NCBI GenBank assembly: GCA_963828125.1
Contig: CAWHDP010000002.1
Coordinates: forward strand, 448,001 to 512,000
Origin: an uncultured Chlamydiae bacterium
Lineage (GTDB): Bacteria > Chlamydiota > Chlamydiia > Chlamydiales > SM23-39
Reading direction: 5' to 3'
DNA: 64,000 nt
Shown here: piece by piece, positions 1 to 9,004 of the stretch
Layout: each line of letters begins with the position of its first letter
How positions within the stretch are numbered: position 1 is the first letter of the stretch
Notes under the pieces: generated by a model
Databases searched by the model: none
What the model was told of the DNA's origin: nothing
The model's input: only the letters and a program-made list of their open reading frames with translations
Translations under genes and position numbers: made by a program

Positions 1-804
1 CAGGTTTTGCTGCATCAGATAGGTTCGGACATAGTCAATCTCAGAGGCGTCGGTAGACGAAATCTCCGAGCTGTTGATGTACTGGTTGCTCAATTTCTGC
101 CGAATAAAAGCGGCTCGCATTCCCACAACCGGGTGGAATGTCAGCTTCGTGCCAACATAGTACCAACGCCCAAGGAGAGCATCGACTAAATCAAGGTTGC
201 AGGTCCACTTTGAACTGGCGCTGCTATAACGAGGCGTCGTGAATGTCCCTGAGGCAGCCTGCAGAGCGGTCGCTCCCATCAATGGATAGATAAATCCGAT
301 CTCCGAACCCTCTGTGCTCGGCGCATCTTCAGTTTTGTGGTTCGTTCCACGAAACCAAGTATACTCCACAGCTGTATCCCAATTGTCGTAACTATACTGC
401 ATCCCGCCGCCAATCTTAAATCCTGGCTTGAAACCGAACTTCTGATTGATCACCTCTCCATTGACAATTGTGTCAACCGCATCGATTTGAGCCTGAGTCT
501 GACTGTCAGAGATTCCAAACTCCATGTTGTCTTGAGAGGCTTGCCAATAGGTAAAACTAGCGTCTGTCCAAACGTCCCAACCACAAACCAACTGAACGGG
601 AGCTGGATGATTGTATGCCGGCATCAAGTTCGGCGCGCCTGGCCCCGGCTCGCAGCAAGGTTTGGACGGACAGGCCGGCCGAGAGCAGGGTTGTTTGACA
701 CATGATTTACCATCTGGCTTCCCATTCGCAGCGCCAAATCCAGACGCAGCGGCAAGAAGAAATCCCGCGATCCAAAAAGCGGTCTTTTTCTGTGAATTCA
801 TCAT
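1..804 (-). CDS. MOMP-like / Lpg1974-family outer-membrane porin (5' part; runs off the window start)
   Basis: Not in the ORF track because it is open at the edge. Manual minus-strand translation from ATG 804 gives a signal peptide (MMNSQKKTAFWIAGFLLAAASGFGA), a Cys/Pro-rich segment, then PAYNHPAPVQLVCGWDVWTDASFTYWQASQDNMEFG, typical of MOMP-like porins of environmental chlamydiae. GAGGAA RBS upstream. Confidence 0.8.
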   Translation of the reverse strand, partial: MMNSQKKTAFWIAGFLLAAASGFGAANGKPDGKSCVKQPCSRPACPSKPCCEPGPGAPNLMPAYNHPAPVQLVCGWDVWTDASFTYWQASQDNMEFGISDSQTQAQIDAVDTIVNGEVINQKFGFKPGFKIGGGMQYSYDNWDTAVEYTWFRGTNHKTEDAPSTEGSEIGFIYPLMGATALQAASGTFTTPRYSSASSKWTCNLDLVDALLGRWYYVGTKLTFHPVVGMRAAFIRQKLSNQYINSSEISSTDASEIDYVRTYLMQQNL

Positions 805-919
805 TTTGATTTCCTCATTTTAACGAATGGTCCGAGATTAAGCGAAATTTGAAAATCAAGTCAAGCGAATTTTTTTATTCATAGATAACAATCTGACTAT
901 TAGTTATTTAAAAAATCAA

Positions 920-948
920 TAGACATTAGGGTAAAAATTTGATATAAT
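920..948 (+). promoter_or_regulatory. sigma66/sigma70-type promoter of the phe leader/operon
   Basis: TAGACA (920-925), 17-nt spacer, TATAAT (943-948). Confidence 0.75.
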
Positions 949-955
949 TACGGAC

Positions 956-1036
956 ATGAAGAAGCAGTTATTTACACAAACCCAGTTCGGCGCTCGATCT
1001 GTATATGCTGCTGCTTATTTCTATTTTGGCGCTTAA
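956..1036 (+). CDS. Putative Phe/Tyr-sensing attenuation leader peptide, 26 aa (MKKQLFTQTQFGARSVYAAAYFYFGA)
   Basis: Manual translation: 4 Phe + 3 Tyr with a YFYF cluster at the end. Lies between the promoter and the chorismate mutase gene. GC hairpin over its stop codon. Confidence 0.7.
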   Translation: MKKQLFTQTQFGARSVYAAAYFYFGA

Positions 1037-1112
1037 GCGCGCCATTCAACCTTTTCACTATCAGATCCGATTTAAATCCAATAAAAAAAGCTCAAAATAG
1101 GAAGAGTGTTGT

Positions 1113-1376
1113 ATGTTATTGAATCAATTGCGAAGTCAGATGGATGCGATTACGGCTGATCTGGTCGCTCTTTTAGCTAAAAGAACTGAGATCGCCCGAG
1201 AGATCGCCCTGATTAAAAAACGGGAAGGGTTCCCTATTTTTGATCCAGATCGTGAGAATGAGATTAAATCTCAGGTGCGCGAGCGGGCCTTAATGGGGGG
1301 GATTAGCCCTGTAATGATGGAAGAGATCATTCAGATCATTCTCGACTATACTCGAGTTGAGCAAGGCGCTGTATGA
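1113..1376 (+). CDS. Chorismate mutase (AroQ/CM_2, monofunctional)
   Basis: LRSQMDAITADLVALLAKR...IALIK...IFDPDRE motif; first gene of an operon with prephenate dehydratase. Confidence 0.9.
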   Translation: MLLNQLRSQMDAITADLVALLAKRTEIAREIALIKKREGFPIFDPDRENEIKSQVRERALMGGISPVMMEEIIQIILDYTRVEQGAV

Positions 1377-2137
1377 AGATCGCTTATCAGGGGATCGAGG
1401 GGTCGTTCAGCCACCGGACGTTGGCTCAAATGCCAGGAGTCAAGATCGGGATGGCTACGTTCAGCGCAGTGTATAAGGCGGTCGAGCGGGGCGATGTCGA
1501 TTTGGGGTTGCTGCCCATAGAAAACACCTTAGCAGGGACCATTTATGAAACGATCGATCTTTTGAGTCAGGGAGATTTGAACATCGTTGGAGAGCTGTAT
1601 ACCCGGATAGAACATAGCCTCCTCGCCCTTCCCGGCGCGAAGATTAAAAAAGTTCTCTCCCACCCAAAAGCGCTCGCCCAGTGTGTGAAGCTGTTTGAAG
1701 AGCATCCGGACTGGACGCCGGTTTCTCATTACGACACAGCAGGGGCCGCGGCCGATGTGGCCCGCTTGGGCGATCGATCGCTTGGAGCGATTGCCAACCG
1801 TGCGGCGGCAGCTATTTACGGGCTTGAAATTGTCAAGGAGGGGATCCAGGATCACAAAGACAATTATACTCGGTTTTTTCTGATTTCCAAGCAAGAGTCT
1901 AAAGGGAAAAAGGGGTCGTTTTGTTTTACGATCGATCACCAGCCTGGAAAATTGGCAGAGATCTTGCATCTTTTTGCCAAAGAGGGCATTAATTTGAGTT
2001 ATATCGTTTCGAGACCGATTGTGGGTAGGCCGTTTGAGTATCTGTTCTATGTCGATCTAGAGTTCAGGGGAAAATGGCCGCATATTGAAGGAAAATGGTT
2101 AGGAACCTATGAAACCATCAGCGACTGGCGCGATTAG
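1373..2137 (+). CDS. pheA: Prephenate dehydratase with ACT domain
   Basis: IAYQGIEGSFS, PIENTLAG, SHPKALAQC, DNYTRF, SRP...FEYLFYVD motifs. ATGA overlap with the upstream gene. Confidence 0.93.
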   Translation: MKIAYQGIEGSFSHRTLAQMPGVKIGMATFSAVYKAVERGDVDLGLLPIENTLAGTIYETIDLLSQGDLNIVGELYTRIEHSLLALPGAKIKKVLSHPKALAQCVKLFEEHPDWTPVSHYDTAGAAADVARLGDRSLGAIANRAAAAIYGLEIVKEGIQDHKDNYTRFFLISKQESKGKKGSFCFTIDHQPGKLAEILHLFAKEGINLSYIVSRPIVGRPFEYLFYVDLEFRGKWPHIEGKWLGTYETISDWRD

Positions 2138-3218
2138 CTCAAAAGCGCAAGAAATGAGGGGGCGCGGCATCCGCGTCTATAACTTTGCCGCAGGAGATCC
2201 GGTTCTCCAAAACCACCCTCTTCTGATCGAGGCGGCTCAGACGGCGCTCAGAGATGGCTACTGCCCTTATGCCCCGATCGCCGGATTGATCGATCTAAGG
2301 CTTGCGGCCGCCCATTGGATGAACCGCCGCTACAAAAGCTCGTTCATTCTCGATGAAGCTGTGGTGACTGCAGGCGGGAAGTTCGGGATTTACGCCGCCC
2401 TCCAAATTCTCCTCAAGGAGGGGGACGAGGCGATTATCCCCTCTCCATATTGGGTCTCTTATCCGGAAATGGTTCGGATGGCCTCGGGAACCGCAGTGTT
2501 TGTGCAGACCCGGTGGAAGTTAACCCCCGAACAGTTGAGGGAGGCGATCACAGATAAAACCCGAGTGCTTATTTTAAATAACGGCTGCAATCCGACGGGC
2601 GTCCTTTATAGCCGCTCGGAAATAGCAGCTCTTCTCAAGATCGCAATCCGCGCTGATCTCACCGTAATTTCCGATGAAGTCTATAGCGAACTCGTCTATG
2701 ACGGGGCCGAATATGTCTCTTGCGCCTCTTTTCCTGAATACCGCTCAAACCTCTTAATCATTGAGAGCTGCTCAAAAAACTTTGCGATGGCCGGATGGCG
2801 AGTCGGATTCGCTTTTGGCCCTCAAAAGCTCATCAGCGAACTGATTGCCCTGCAAAGTCAAAGTACGACCGGCGCTTCATTCTTCAGTCAAAAAATAGCG
2901 CTAGCCGCTCTCAAGCACAGCGACGAGATCGGGGCTTATGTGAGATCTGCAATGGATCGGAGACGAAAGTTGTTCTTTGAGACTTACAACCGTCTCATGA
3001 AACCCTCTGTAGAACTCCCTCAAGCAGCCGTCTACTACTTTATCAAAGTAGATCGGTGTGAAGAGATCTTAGAGAAGGCCCACGTAGCGCTCGTCCCTGG
3101 AGAGGCTTTCGGCGTCGACGGGTACGGCCGCTTGGCTTTTACCGAAACAGAAGAGGAGATCGTCCAAGGGCTTGAGGCGCTATCCAATCAGAAAAACGGC
3201 GGGCTCTTTCCCGATTGA
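2109..3218 (+). CDS. Class I/II PLP-dependent (aspartate/aromatic) aminotransferase
   Basis: GGKFGIY, PSPYWVSYP, NPTG, SDEVY, SKNFAMAGWRVG motifs. Confidence 0.9.
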   Translation: MKPSATGAISSKAQEMRGRGIRVYNFAAGDPVLQNHPLLIEAAQTALRDGYCPYAPIAGLIDLRLAAAHWMNRRYKSSFILDEAVVTAGGKFGIYAALQILLKEGDEAIIPSPYWVSYPEMVRMASGTAVFVQTRWKLTPEQLREAITDKTRVLILNNGCNPTGVLYSRSEIAALLKIAIRADLTVISDEVYSELVYDGAEYVSCASFPEYRSNLLIIESCSKNFAMAGWRVGFAFGPQKLISELIALQSQSTTGASFFSQKIALAALKHSDEIGAYVRSAMDRRRKLFFETYNRLMKPSVELPQAAVYYFIKVDRCEEILEKAHVALVPGEAFGVDGYGRLAFTETEEEIVQGLEALSNQKNGGLFPD

Positions 3219-3866
3219 AAAGGAGCCGCCCCTCCATTCAACGACTCTTTGGGACACAACTTTTTGGCTAGCCAGCGTCAGATTGACCGCCACACAAAGC
3301 CTTGTCGCAGGCTGCAGAATCCTTTTTAACAGTTCGACCATTTTTTCAGATCGGTAGGGAGCCTCAATCCAAATGTGGGTTCCCGGCCGTTTTTCTAGTT
3401 CGCGCACTTTCGCCTCAAGGTCGGGAAGTTCTCTCGGCAAATAGCCGTGGAAAGAGAACAGCTGGCCGCCAAAGCCGGAGAGTTGAAGAGCGATGACAAT
3501 CGATGAGGGGCCGACGAAGGTCGAAACGGAGAGATTCTTCTGATGGGCAAGCCACACTAAATCAGCCCCAGGATCGGCGATGCAAGGGAGTCCCGCATCG
3601 GAGATCAATCCCCAAACCTCTCCCCTCTCAATCGGTTTGAGCAGCTCGTGAAGCTCTTTCGTGTGCTCATTGAGGATCGCAAGGGGCATTTTTGCCATGT
3701 CGTCATGCGAAAGGAACTTGCGCAAATAACGGCGGGCCATCTTATCGCTCTCGGCAATAAGTCCTTGGATGGAGCAAACCGCTTCGCGCACACTCAGAGG
3801 GAAAAAGGGTTCTATCGGAAGCGATTCGTCAAGAAGGTTCGGAAGGAGAAAGAGCTTACCTAACAT
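3180..3866 (-). CDS. rsmI: RsmI-like SAM-dependent (tetrapyrrole-methylase fold) methyltransferase
   Basis: Probable start MLGKLFLLPNLL at 3866. LISDAGLPCIADPG, GPSSI, FHGYLP, IEAPYR motifs. Confidence 0.8.
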   Translation of the reverse strand: MLGKLFLLPNLLDESLPIEPFFPLSVREAVCSIQGLIAESDKMARRYLRKFLSHDDMAKMPLAILNEHTKELHELLKPIERGEVWGLISDAGLPCIADPGADLVWLAHQKNLSVSTFVGPSSIVIALQLSGFGGQLFSFHGYLPRELPDLEAKVRELEKRPGTHIWIEAPYRSEKMVELLKRILQPATRLCVAVNLTLASQKVVSQRVVEWRGGSFSIGKEPAVFLIG

Positions 3867-4827
3867 GGATCGAGCCCCGGAAAAGATCGAGAAGAGCCCA
3901 ATATTGGGTGGAATTAGATCGAGAAAGAAACTCGATATCGAAGAGCTTCTCCAGTCCTCTCCGGAAATAAGGGGCGCCCAGGCGGGCTGCCTGGCCGGTC
4001 CGCTTTTCCAACGTTTTTGGCCAAAGTTTGGGAAGATATCGGTTCCATTGATCGGAAGGGATCTTCTCCTCCATAAGGGTGGCGAGCGTAAGCCCCAAAT
4101 GGAGCTGATTGCGCAAGGCGGGAACAAGGCTGTGAAAAACGCTCGAATCCAGCGAGGGGAATGCCCCCCCCTCCCAAATCACCTCCTCGGCCGTCTGCCA
4201 AAGACTCGCCATCCGGCTGGCGGGAGAAATAGCTAGGATCTCTTCGCGGCCAATTGACGGTTTATCTCCCACATAACAGATCAATTTATCGATCTCGCTT
4301 TCGAGCAGCGCCGGATCGACCCCCAGCCGCTCAAAAAGGAGCGGCGCCGCATCAGGAGCCAACCTTTTGCCAGCCCCCTTGGCTCGATCGGCCAACTGTT
4401 CGGCAAGCCGCTTCTCCCTATCCCACGGTTTTTCTTCAAGCAGATCAAGGACAACCCCCTCTCTCTCCACAACGGCGGTCAAACTCGCTGTTTTGGAACG
4501 GGCGCCAAATAGGACATATCCGCCACGATGGCTTAAGTGAGCGGAAAGGGCCTCCAACTGCTTTTTGGAGAGCTTTTCCGCCTCATCGAGCACCACAACC
4601 GATTCGCCGAGAAGGCTTAAGCTCTGCATAGCGTCTAAACAATCGCGCAAATCGCAATCGACTCCGCTGAAGCGGACAGGCGAAATACAGAGATGCGAGA
4701 GGATCAGATCGAGCGCTTTTGCCCGCTCGAAATCATCGGGGATTGCGACGAGATAAAGACGGCAAAGGAGCTGGGGCGCCGCGCTCGCCAGGTGCTTTTG
4801 GAACGCTTTCAGGTTCTGATATTTCAT
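3856..4827 (-). CDS. holA: DNA polymerase III delta subunit
   Basis: SLSLLGESVVVLDEAEKL and LLESEIDKLICY motifs; sits next to the methyltransferase as in other chlamydiae. Confidence 0.8.
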   Translation of the reverse strand: MKYQNLKAFQKHLASAAPQLLCRLYLVAIPDDFERAKALDLILSHLCISPVRFSGVDCDLRDCLDAMQSLSLLGESVVVLDEAEKLSKKQLEALSAHLSHRGGYVLFGARSKTASLTAVVEREGVVLDLLEEKPWDREKRLAEQLADRAKGAGKRLAPDAAPLLFERLGVDPALLESEIDKLICYVGDKPSIGREEILAISPASRMASLWQTAEEVIWEGGAFPSLDSSVFHSLVPALRNQLHLGLTLATLMEEKIPSDQWNRYLPKLWPKTLEKRTGQAARLGAPYFRRGLEKLFDIEFLSRSNSTQYWALLDLFRGSIHVR

Positions 4828-5231
4828 AACCCCCAAACAAAATCGACTTCTAACTTGATTTCAGGATGCAAGCTGTGATGGACGGGACAATCGAGAGCCG
4901 CCTTCTCCAATTTTTCCCGCGCTACCGGATTGGGTAGCGCGGCGCTCCGAATCCGGACGATCAGCCTGCCGATCCTTCGACTGCCCGAAAGGGCCATCTC
5001 TTTTTCAACCTCCGCCGTCATCCCCTTCAAATCGACCCCGAGCTTTCCCGCCTGGATCGCCATCAACGTCACCATACAAGAGCCTAAACTCACAGCCACA
5101 AGATCGGTCGGAGAAAAAGCCTCCCCCTTCCCCATGTTGTCCTTCGGAGCATCCGTCTGAATCTTCGCGCCCGATTCATGCGTACACTCTGTGTGCAAAT
5201 CGCCTAGATAGAGAACCTTCATTTTGGTCAT
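4824..5231 (-). CDS. OsmC family protein
   Basis: TDAPKDNMGKGEAFSPTDLVAVSLGSC and CPVHHSL motifs. Confidence 0.88.
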   Translation of the reverse strand: MTKMKVLYLGDLHTECTHESGAKIQTDAPKDNMGKGEAFSPTDLVAVSLGSCMVTLMAIQAGKLGVDLKGMTAEVEKEMALSGSRRIGRLIVRIRSAALPNPVAREKLEKAALDCPVHHSLHPEIKLEVDFVWGL

Positions 5232-5241
5232 AATCACCTTC

Positions 5242-5307
5242 TTAACTGGACATTGGCCATTTCTCGGCGCTGCGTGCAGCGCCGAGAAATGGCCAATGTC
5301 CAGTTAA
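5242..5307. repeat. Perfect 66-bp palindrome (32-bp arms, 2-nt centre) with TTAA at both ends; MITE-like, family A
   Basis: TTAACTGGACATTGGCCATTTCTCGGCGCTGC-GT-GCAGCGCCGAGAAATGGCCAATGTCCAGTTAA read directly. Confidence 0.9.
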
Positions 5308-5374
5308 ACACAAGAGTTGCATTTTTGTCGGATCTTTTTTATAGTTGACCCTCAAGAAATGAGGAAGGTGTCAA

Positions 5375-5866
5375 ATGATTTATATGCAACCAGCCGTGGA
5401 TCTGGGGCACGAGGTTATGAACAATGTCCGCAACAGCGTTATTTCCCCTTCAGAACTTCAAAAAAGAGAGAATGCAAAAAAAAGGTGGGAGTTCGTCAAA
5501 GTGGCTTGTATCGTCGGAGCTGTTGTCTCTTTGATTTTTTTTGCAAGCATTCCAACTTTTTATCAATTTATTACAACTACGATCTGTTTATTTATGGATC
5601 GTGAAATATATATAGTTGCTGATAATATATTGAATATTCTCCGTAAACCTCTTGTGGAAGGGTGGGCGAAGGTCTCAAAAGAAAATGGCTACAAGCAACT
5701 GGGGGAGAGAACCTATGTCGCAGAATCGTTAATTCGATATTTTGATTGTAATTTTGAGAATTTTATAAATTTTTTTAGCAAACTTGACGCAAATGATAAA
5801 TATCGAATAGAATGGGCGCAGAAATGTTATTCAGGAGAAATAGATGACTACACCAAGTATAAGTAA
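5375..5866 (+). CDS. Hypothetical membrane protein, Inc-like bilobed hydrophobic domain
   Basis: About 40-aa bilobed hydrophobic stretch; AT-rich; GGAAGGTG RBS-like sequence; paralogous to the next gene. Confidence 0.65.
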   Translation: MIYMQPAVDLGHEVMNNVRNSVISPSELQKRENAKKRWEFVKVACIVGAVVSLIFFASIPTFYQFITTTICLFMDREIYIVADNILNILRKPLVEGWAKVSKENGYKQLGERTYVAESLIRYFDCNFENFINFFSKLDANDKYRIEWAQKCYSGEIDDYTKYK

Positions 5867-6221
5867 TTCCTCCCCAGATGTGCAGAAGATCCCAAATCTA
5901 GGAGCGGAGGAGTTCAAAACCTCTGCTACTACCGGTATTGCGCTGGTTCAACGGGCCTGTTTAGTAACAGGCGCCGTAGCGGCCCTTTTATTCGTGATGC
6001 TCCCTCAATTTTTAACTTTGATTGTGGGCGGACTGCTGGGCTTTGGCGCGAGAGAACTCTATGTAGTAGCCAGGAATACTCAGGAAATAATCGATCAGCC
6101 AACAGTGCAGGAAAAAATTCGAAATGACAATAGTGCTTTACGCGCGCATCTTGAAAAAGATACTTATGCGATGAATTACCTTGGGGTGTTCAGCAATCTG
6201 CGCATTTCGTGTTCACAGTAA
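5844..6221 (+). CDS. Hypothetical membrane protein, Inc-like (paralog of upstream gene)
   Basis: Ser/Thr-rich N-terminus, bilobed hydrophobic domain, AGGAG RBS. Confidence 0.7.
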   Translation: MTTPSISNSSPDVQKIPNLGAEEFKTSATTGIALVQRACLVTGAVAALLFVMLPQFLTLIVGGLLGFGARELYVVARNTQEIIDQPTVQEKIRNDNSALRAHLEKDTYAMNYLGVFSNLRISCSQ

Positions 6222-6246
6222 GGGAAAAATCTCCTGAAAAAGGGAT

Positions 6247-6277
6247 CGACTCGGAAGGCAAAACGGCCTCCGAGTCG
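6247..6277. terminator. GC-rich hairpin between convergent genes
   Basis: CGACTCGGA...TCCGAGTCG; no clear U-tract. Confidence 0.45.
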
Positions 6278-6286
6278 GGCAGAGGG

Positions 6287-6952
6287 TTATGTGTCCTTCT
6301 GGTCAGTCCGCACAAACCGGGCGAGCGGGGCTTTCAGAAAATTTTCTGGCCTGACTTTAATCTCAACGCCAGACTGCTTGAGTAGTTCTTGAATCTCTGT
6401 ACTGGGAAGCTGATCCATTTTGCACTGCTTCCAACGGGCTTGGGGTTTCTTATGATTTATAATCAATGTCCATTGCTCCAGACTTAACGTGTTAGCCTGA
6501 ATTTGAAAATAATCCTTGATCGTCGGGACAAGCGGACATAAAACTGTCTGCACAAAAACATCTGAAACCTTTCCGTTCGACTGCAGCCAAAATTTCTTCA
6601 GCTCCTGCACCCCAGCCAAAGCCGTAGCAGCAGAGCCTTCTACCGGCACCGTAGAAATCTTTTTCCATTTAGAACAGAGCGCCTGGGCCGCCAAACCCGC
6701 ATCCACATTCGCTCTAATTTCTAAAGACCCAAAGCCTATCCCTTTGCTTAGCCCTTGAAATCTCTCCCAAACGTCCGCAACGAGCTCACTCGCGTTCGCC
6801 TGTACCGATCCGATCCGAGACGCCTCCTCCGATTGTTGCAGTTGGGAATCGATGATCAACTCATGTCCGTCTTTTCCCTCCCTATGAAGGGACAGAACGG
6901 AAGGGATCGCAATGGCAAGTGGTTGTGGTTGTAGTTGTGGTAGTGAATTCAT
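6287..6952 (-). CDS. Hypothetical protein (possible secreted effector)
   Basis: 221-aa ORF with GAGGAG RBS and a Pro/Gln-rich N-terminus; no recognisable domain. Confidence 0.65.
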   Translation of the reverse strand: MNSLPQLQPQPLAIAIPSVLSLHREGKDGHELIIDSQLQQSEEASRIGSVQANASELVADVWERFQGLSKGIGFGSLEIRANVDAGLAAQALCSKWKKISTVPVEGSAATALAGVQELKKFWLQSNGKVSDVFVQTVLCPLVPTIKDYFQIQANTLSLEQWTLIINHKKPQARWKQCKMDQLPSTEIQELLKQSGVEIKVRPENFLKAPLARFVRTDQKDT

Positions 6953-6973
6953 AAAAATCTCCTCGTTGATTGA

Positions 6974-6993
6974 TTAAACTGGACATTGTCCAG
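6974..6993. repeat. Collapsed family-A element (TTAAA-CTGGACA-T-TGTCCAG)
   Basis: Same end sequence as 5242-5307, with the two ends fused. Confidence 0.65.
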
Positions 6994-7027
6994 CGCAAGA
7001 GGGAAGAGGATAAATCAAGAAAAGATT

Positions 7028-7819
7028 TTATGCAACTGGTTCTGTTGCAGGCTCTGCTGGCGGCGTTTCATGCCCCATCAGTTCTTGCGCCAGTTTCCGG
7101 TAGTCGAGCGATCCGTTGCAATGGCTATCGTAGAGCGTGATGGGTTTGAGGTGGAGCGGCGCCTCTGCGAGCCGGATATTTTCCCGAATGACTGAGGTGC
7201 AAACTTTCCCTTCAAAGCGGGAACGGAGTTGATCGAGAACCTCTGTCGAGTGTTTGGTCCGGTAATCTACGCGGCAAGCGAGAATCCCTGTGATCTCCAG
7301 GCGGGGATTCAATCTTTGTTTCACCAAGTTGATGGTTCGAAGGAGTTGCACAAGTCCGTGGAGCGCCATGACATGAGCCTCGACCGGAACCAACACCTCT
7401 TTGGCCATCGTCAAGGCATTGAGCGAGAGGATCCCAAGCGTGGGGGGACAGTCGATGAGGACATAATCCCAAGGTTTATTCTCAATCGCCTCTAGTTTGT
7501 TTTTGAGGATGCTCTCCGAGGCAACTTCGTTCGCAAGGGCCTTTTCGACCCCGGAGAGGAGGACCGATGAAGGGATAATCTGCAGGTTGTCCACATCCGT
7601 TTTCTCGATGATATTTTCGAGTTTTTCTTCCTCAGTCAGGACGTCGAAAAGCCCCTTGCCCTTGTCCTTGAAGCCGTACCACATTGACGCGGATGCCTGC
7701 GGGTCTAGATCGATCAGTAGAACTTTTTTGTGAGCCTCAGCCAGGGCGGCAGCCAAATTCACCGCCGTCGTCGTCTTGCCTGAGCCCCCCTTTTGGTTGA
7801 CAATCGCTATGGTACGCAT
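7028..7819 (-). CDS. parA: ParA/Soj family ATPase (no adjacent parB)
   Basis: [11 protein letters not shown] deviant Walker [23 protein letters not shown] motifs. Confidence 0.9.
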   Translation of the reverse strand: MRTIAIVNQKGGSGKTTTAVNLAAALAEAHKKVLLIDLDPQASASMWYGFKDKGKGLFDVLTEEEKLENIIEKTDVDNLQIIPSSVLLSGVEKALANEVASESILKNKLEAIENKPWDYVLIDCPPTLGILSLNALTMAKEVLVPVEAHVMALHGLVQLLRTINLVKQRLNPRLEITGILACRVDYRTKHSTEVLDQLRSRFEGKVCTSVIRENIRLAEAPLHLKPITLYDSHCNGSLDYRKLAQELMGHETPPAEPATEPVA

Positions 7820-7953
7820 ACAAACACCTCTTTCTCCCTCACATATAGAAGTTTCTTGACTCTATATCAAGGAAAAATTCAACGGCGCCCCTTTTTTCTT
7901 TCGATTTACCTCTGCTTCTGATAAGCTCTCCGAATGAAAATCGAGGAGAGTGT

Positions 7954-8886
7954 ATGTTTCAGATCGACCTGAGAGGAAAAAAAGCTTTGATTGTGGGAAT
8001 TGGCGACGACCAGGGATTTGGCTGGGCGATCATGAAGGCGCTCGCCGAAGCGGGGGCGGAGATCCTCATTGGGACATGGGCTCCGATCGTTAGGATTTTT
8101 AAGGGATCCTGGGAAAATGGGAAATTCGACGAATCGAGACGCCTCAGCGACGGGACGCTCGTGACCTATTCTAAACTCTATCCGATCGACGCCGTGTTCG
8201 ACAAGATGGAAGACGTACCTCAGGAAGTGAAGGAAAATAAACGATACGCCGAACTCTCCGGATACACGATCTCCGATGTAGCGCGCCAGGTTGAAGCCGA
8301 CTTTGGGAAGATCGATATCCTCGTCCACAGCTTGGCCAACGCCCCCGAAGTCAAGAACAATCTCCTCGACACTTCGCGAAAAGGGTACCTCGCCGCAATG
8401 AGTTCGTCTGCCTACTCGTTCATCAGCCTCCTCGCCCACTTCGGCCCCATCATGAACTCAGGCGGTTCAGTCCTCTCACTCTCTTATATCGCCTCTGAGC
8501 GGGTCATTCCCGGCTACGGCGGAGGAATGAGCTCTGCCAAAGCCGCGCTTGAAAGCGACACACGGACTCTTGCTTGGGAAGCGGGACGAAAATGGAATAT
8601 CCGGGTCAACGCCATTTCAGCCGGCGCCCTCCGGAGCAGAGCTGCAAGAGCGATCGGCATGATCGACGACATGATCGCCTACTCCAAAGCCAACGCCCCT
8701 CTGACTAAAGACCTCGAAGCAGAAGAAGTAGCCGCAGCAGCAGCCTTCCTCTTATCCCCCCTCGCCTCCGCCGTCACCGGCGCCATCGTCTATGTCGACA
8801 ACGGCATGCACGCTATGGGCCTTGCTGTCGATAGCACCGCACTTCAAGGCAACGAAAAATACTCAAAACCGATCGTGACTGCTTAA
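7954..8886 (+). CDS. fabI: Enoyl-ACP reductase (chlamydial/plant type)
   Basis: [48 protein letters not shown] motifs. Confidence 0.95.
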   Translation: MFQIDLRGKKALIVGIGDDQGFGWAIMKALAEAGAEILIGTWAPIVRIFKGSWENGKFDESRRLSDGTLVTYSKLYPIDAVFDKMEDVPQEVKENKRYAELSGYTISDVARQVEADFGKIDILVHSLANAPEVKNNLLDTSRKGYLAAMSSSAYSFISLLAHFGPIMNSGGSVLSLSYIASERVIPGYGGGMSSAKAALESDTRTLAWEAGRKWNIRVNAISAGALRSRAARAIGMIDDMIAYSKANAPLTKDLEAEEVAAAAAFLLSPLASAVTGAIVYVDNGMHAMGLAVDSTALQGNEKYSKPIVTA

Positions 8887-8946
8887 ACTGGACATTGGCC
8901 ACAGATTGAGCAGATTGTCCGCGGATGTGTGAGAAATGCGGGTTAA
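8883..8946. repeat. Hybrid MITE-like element: family-A left end and family-B right end, TTAA at both ends
   Basis: TTAAACTGGACATTGGCCA...GTGAGAAATGCGGGTTAA; overlaps the fabI stop codon. Confidence 0.7.
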
Positions 8947-9004
8947 AGCTTTACTTTATTTCCCAGTTTGTGGTAGGCTGCTTCCCCAAATGGAGGAGTT
9001 GTTT

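Noticed and set aside
7..823. Plus-strand ORFs 7-189, 337-705 and 611-823
   Set aside because: They are antisense shadows of the minus-strand porin gene that runs off the window edge.
3867..4127. N-terminal extension of the methyltransferase ORF (to 4127)
   Set aside because: It overlaps holA in another frame; family similarity starts at ATG 3866.
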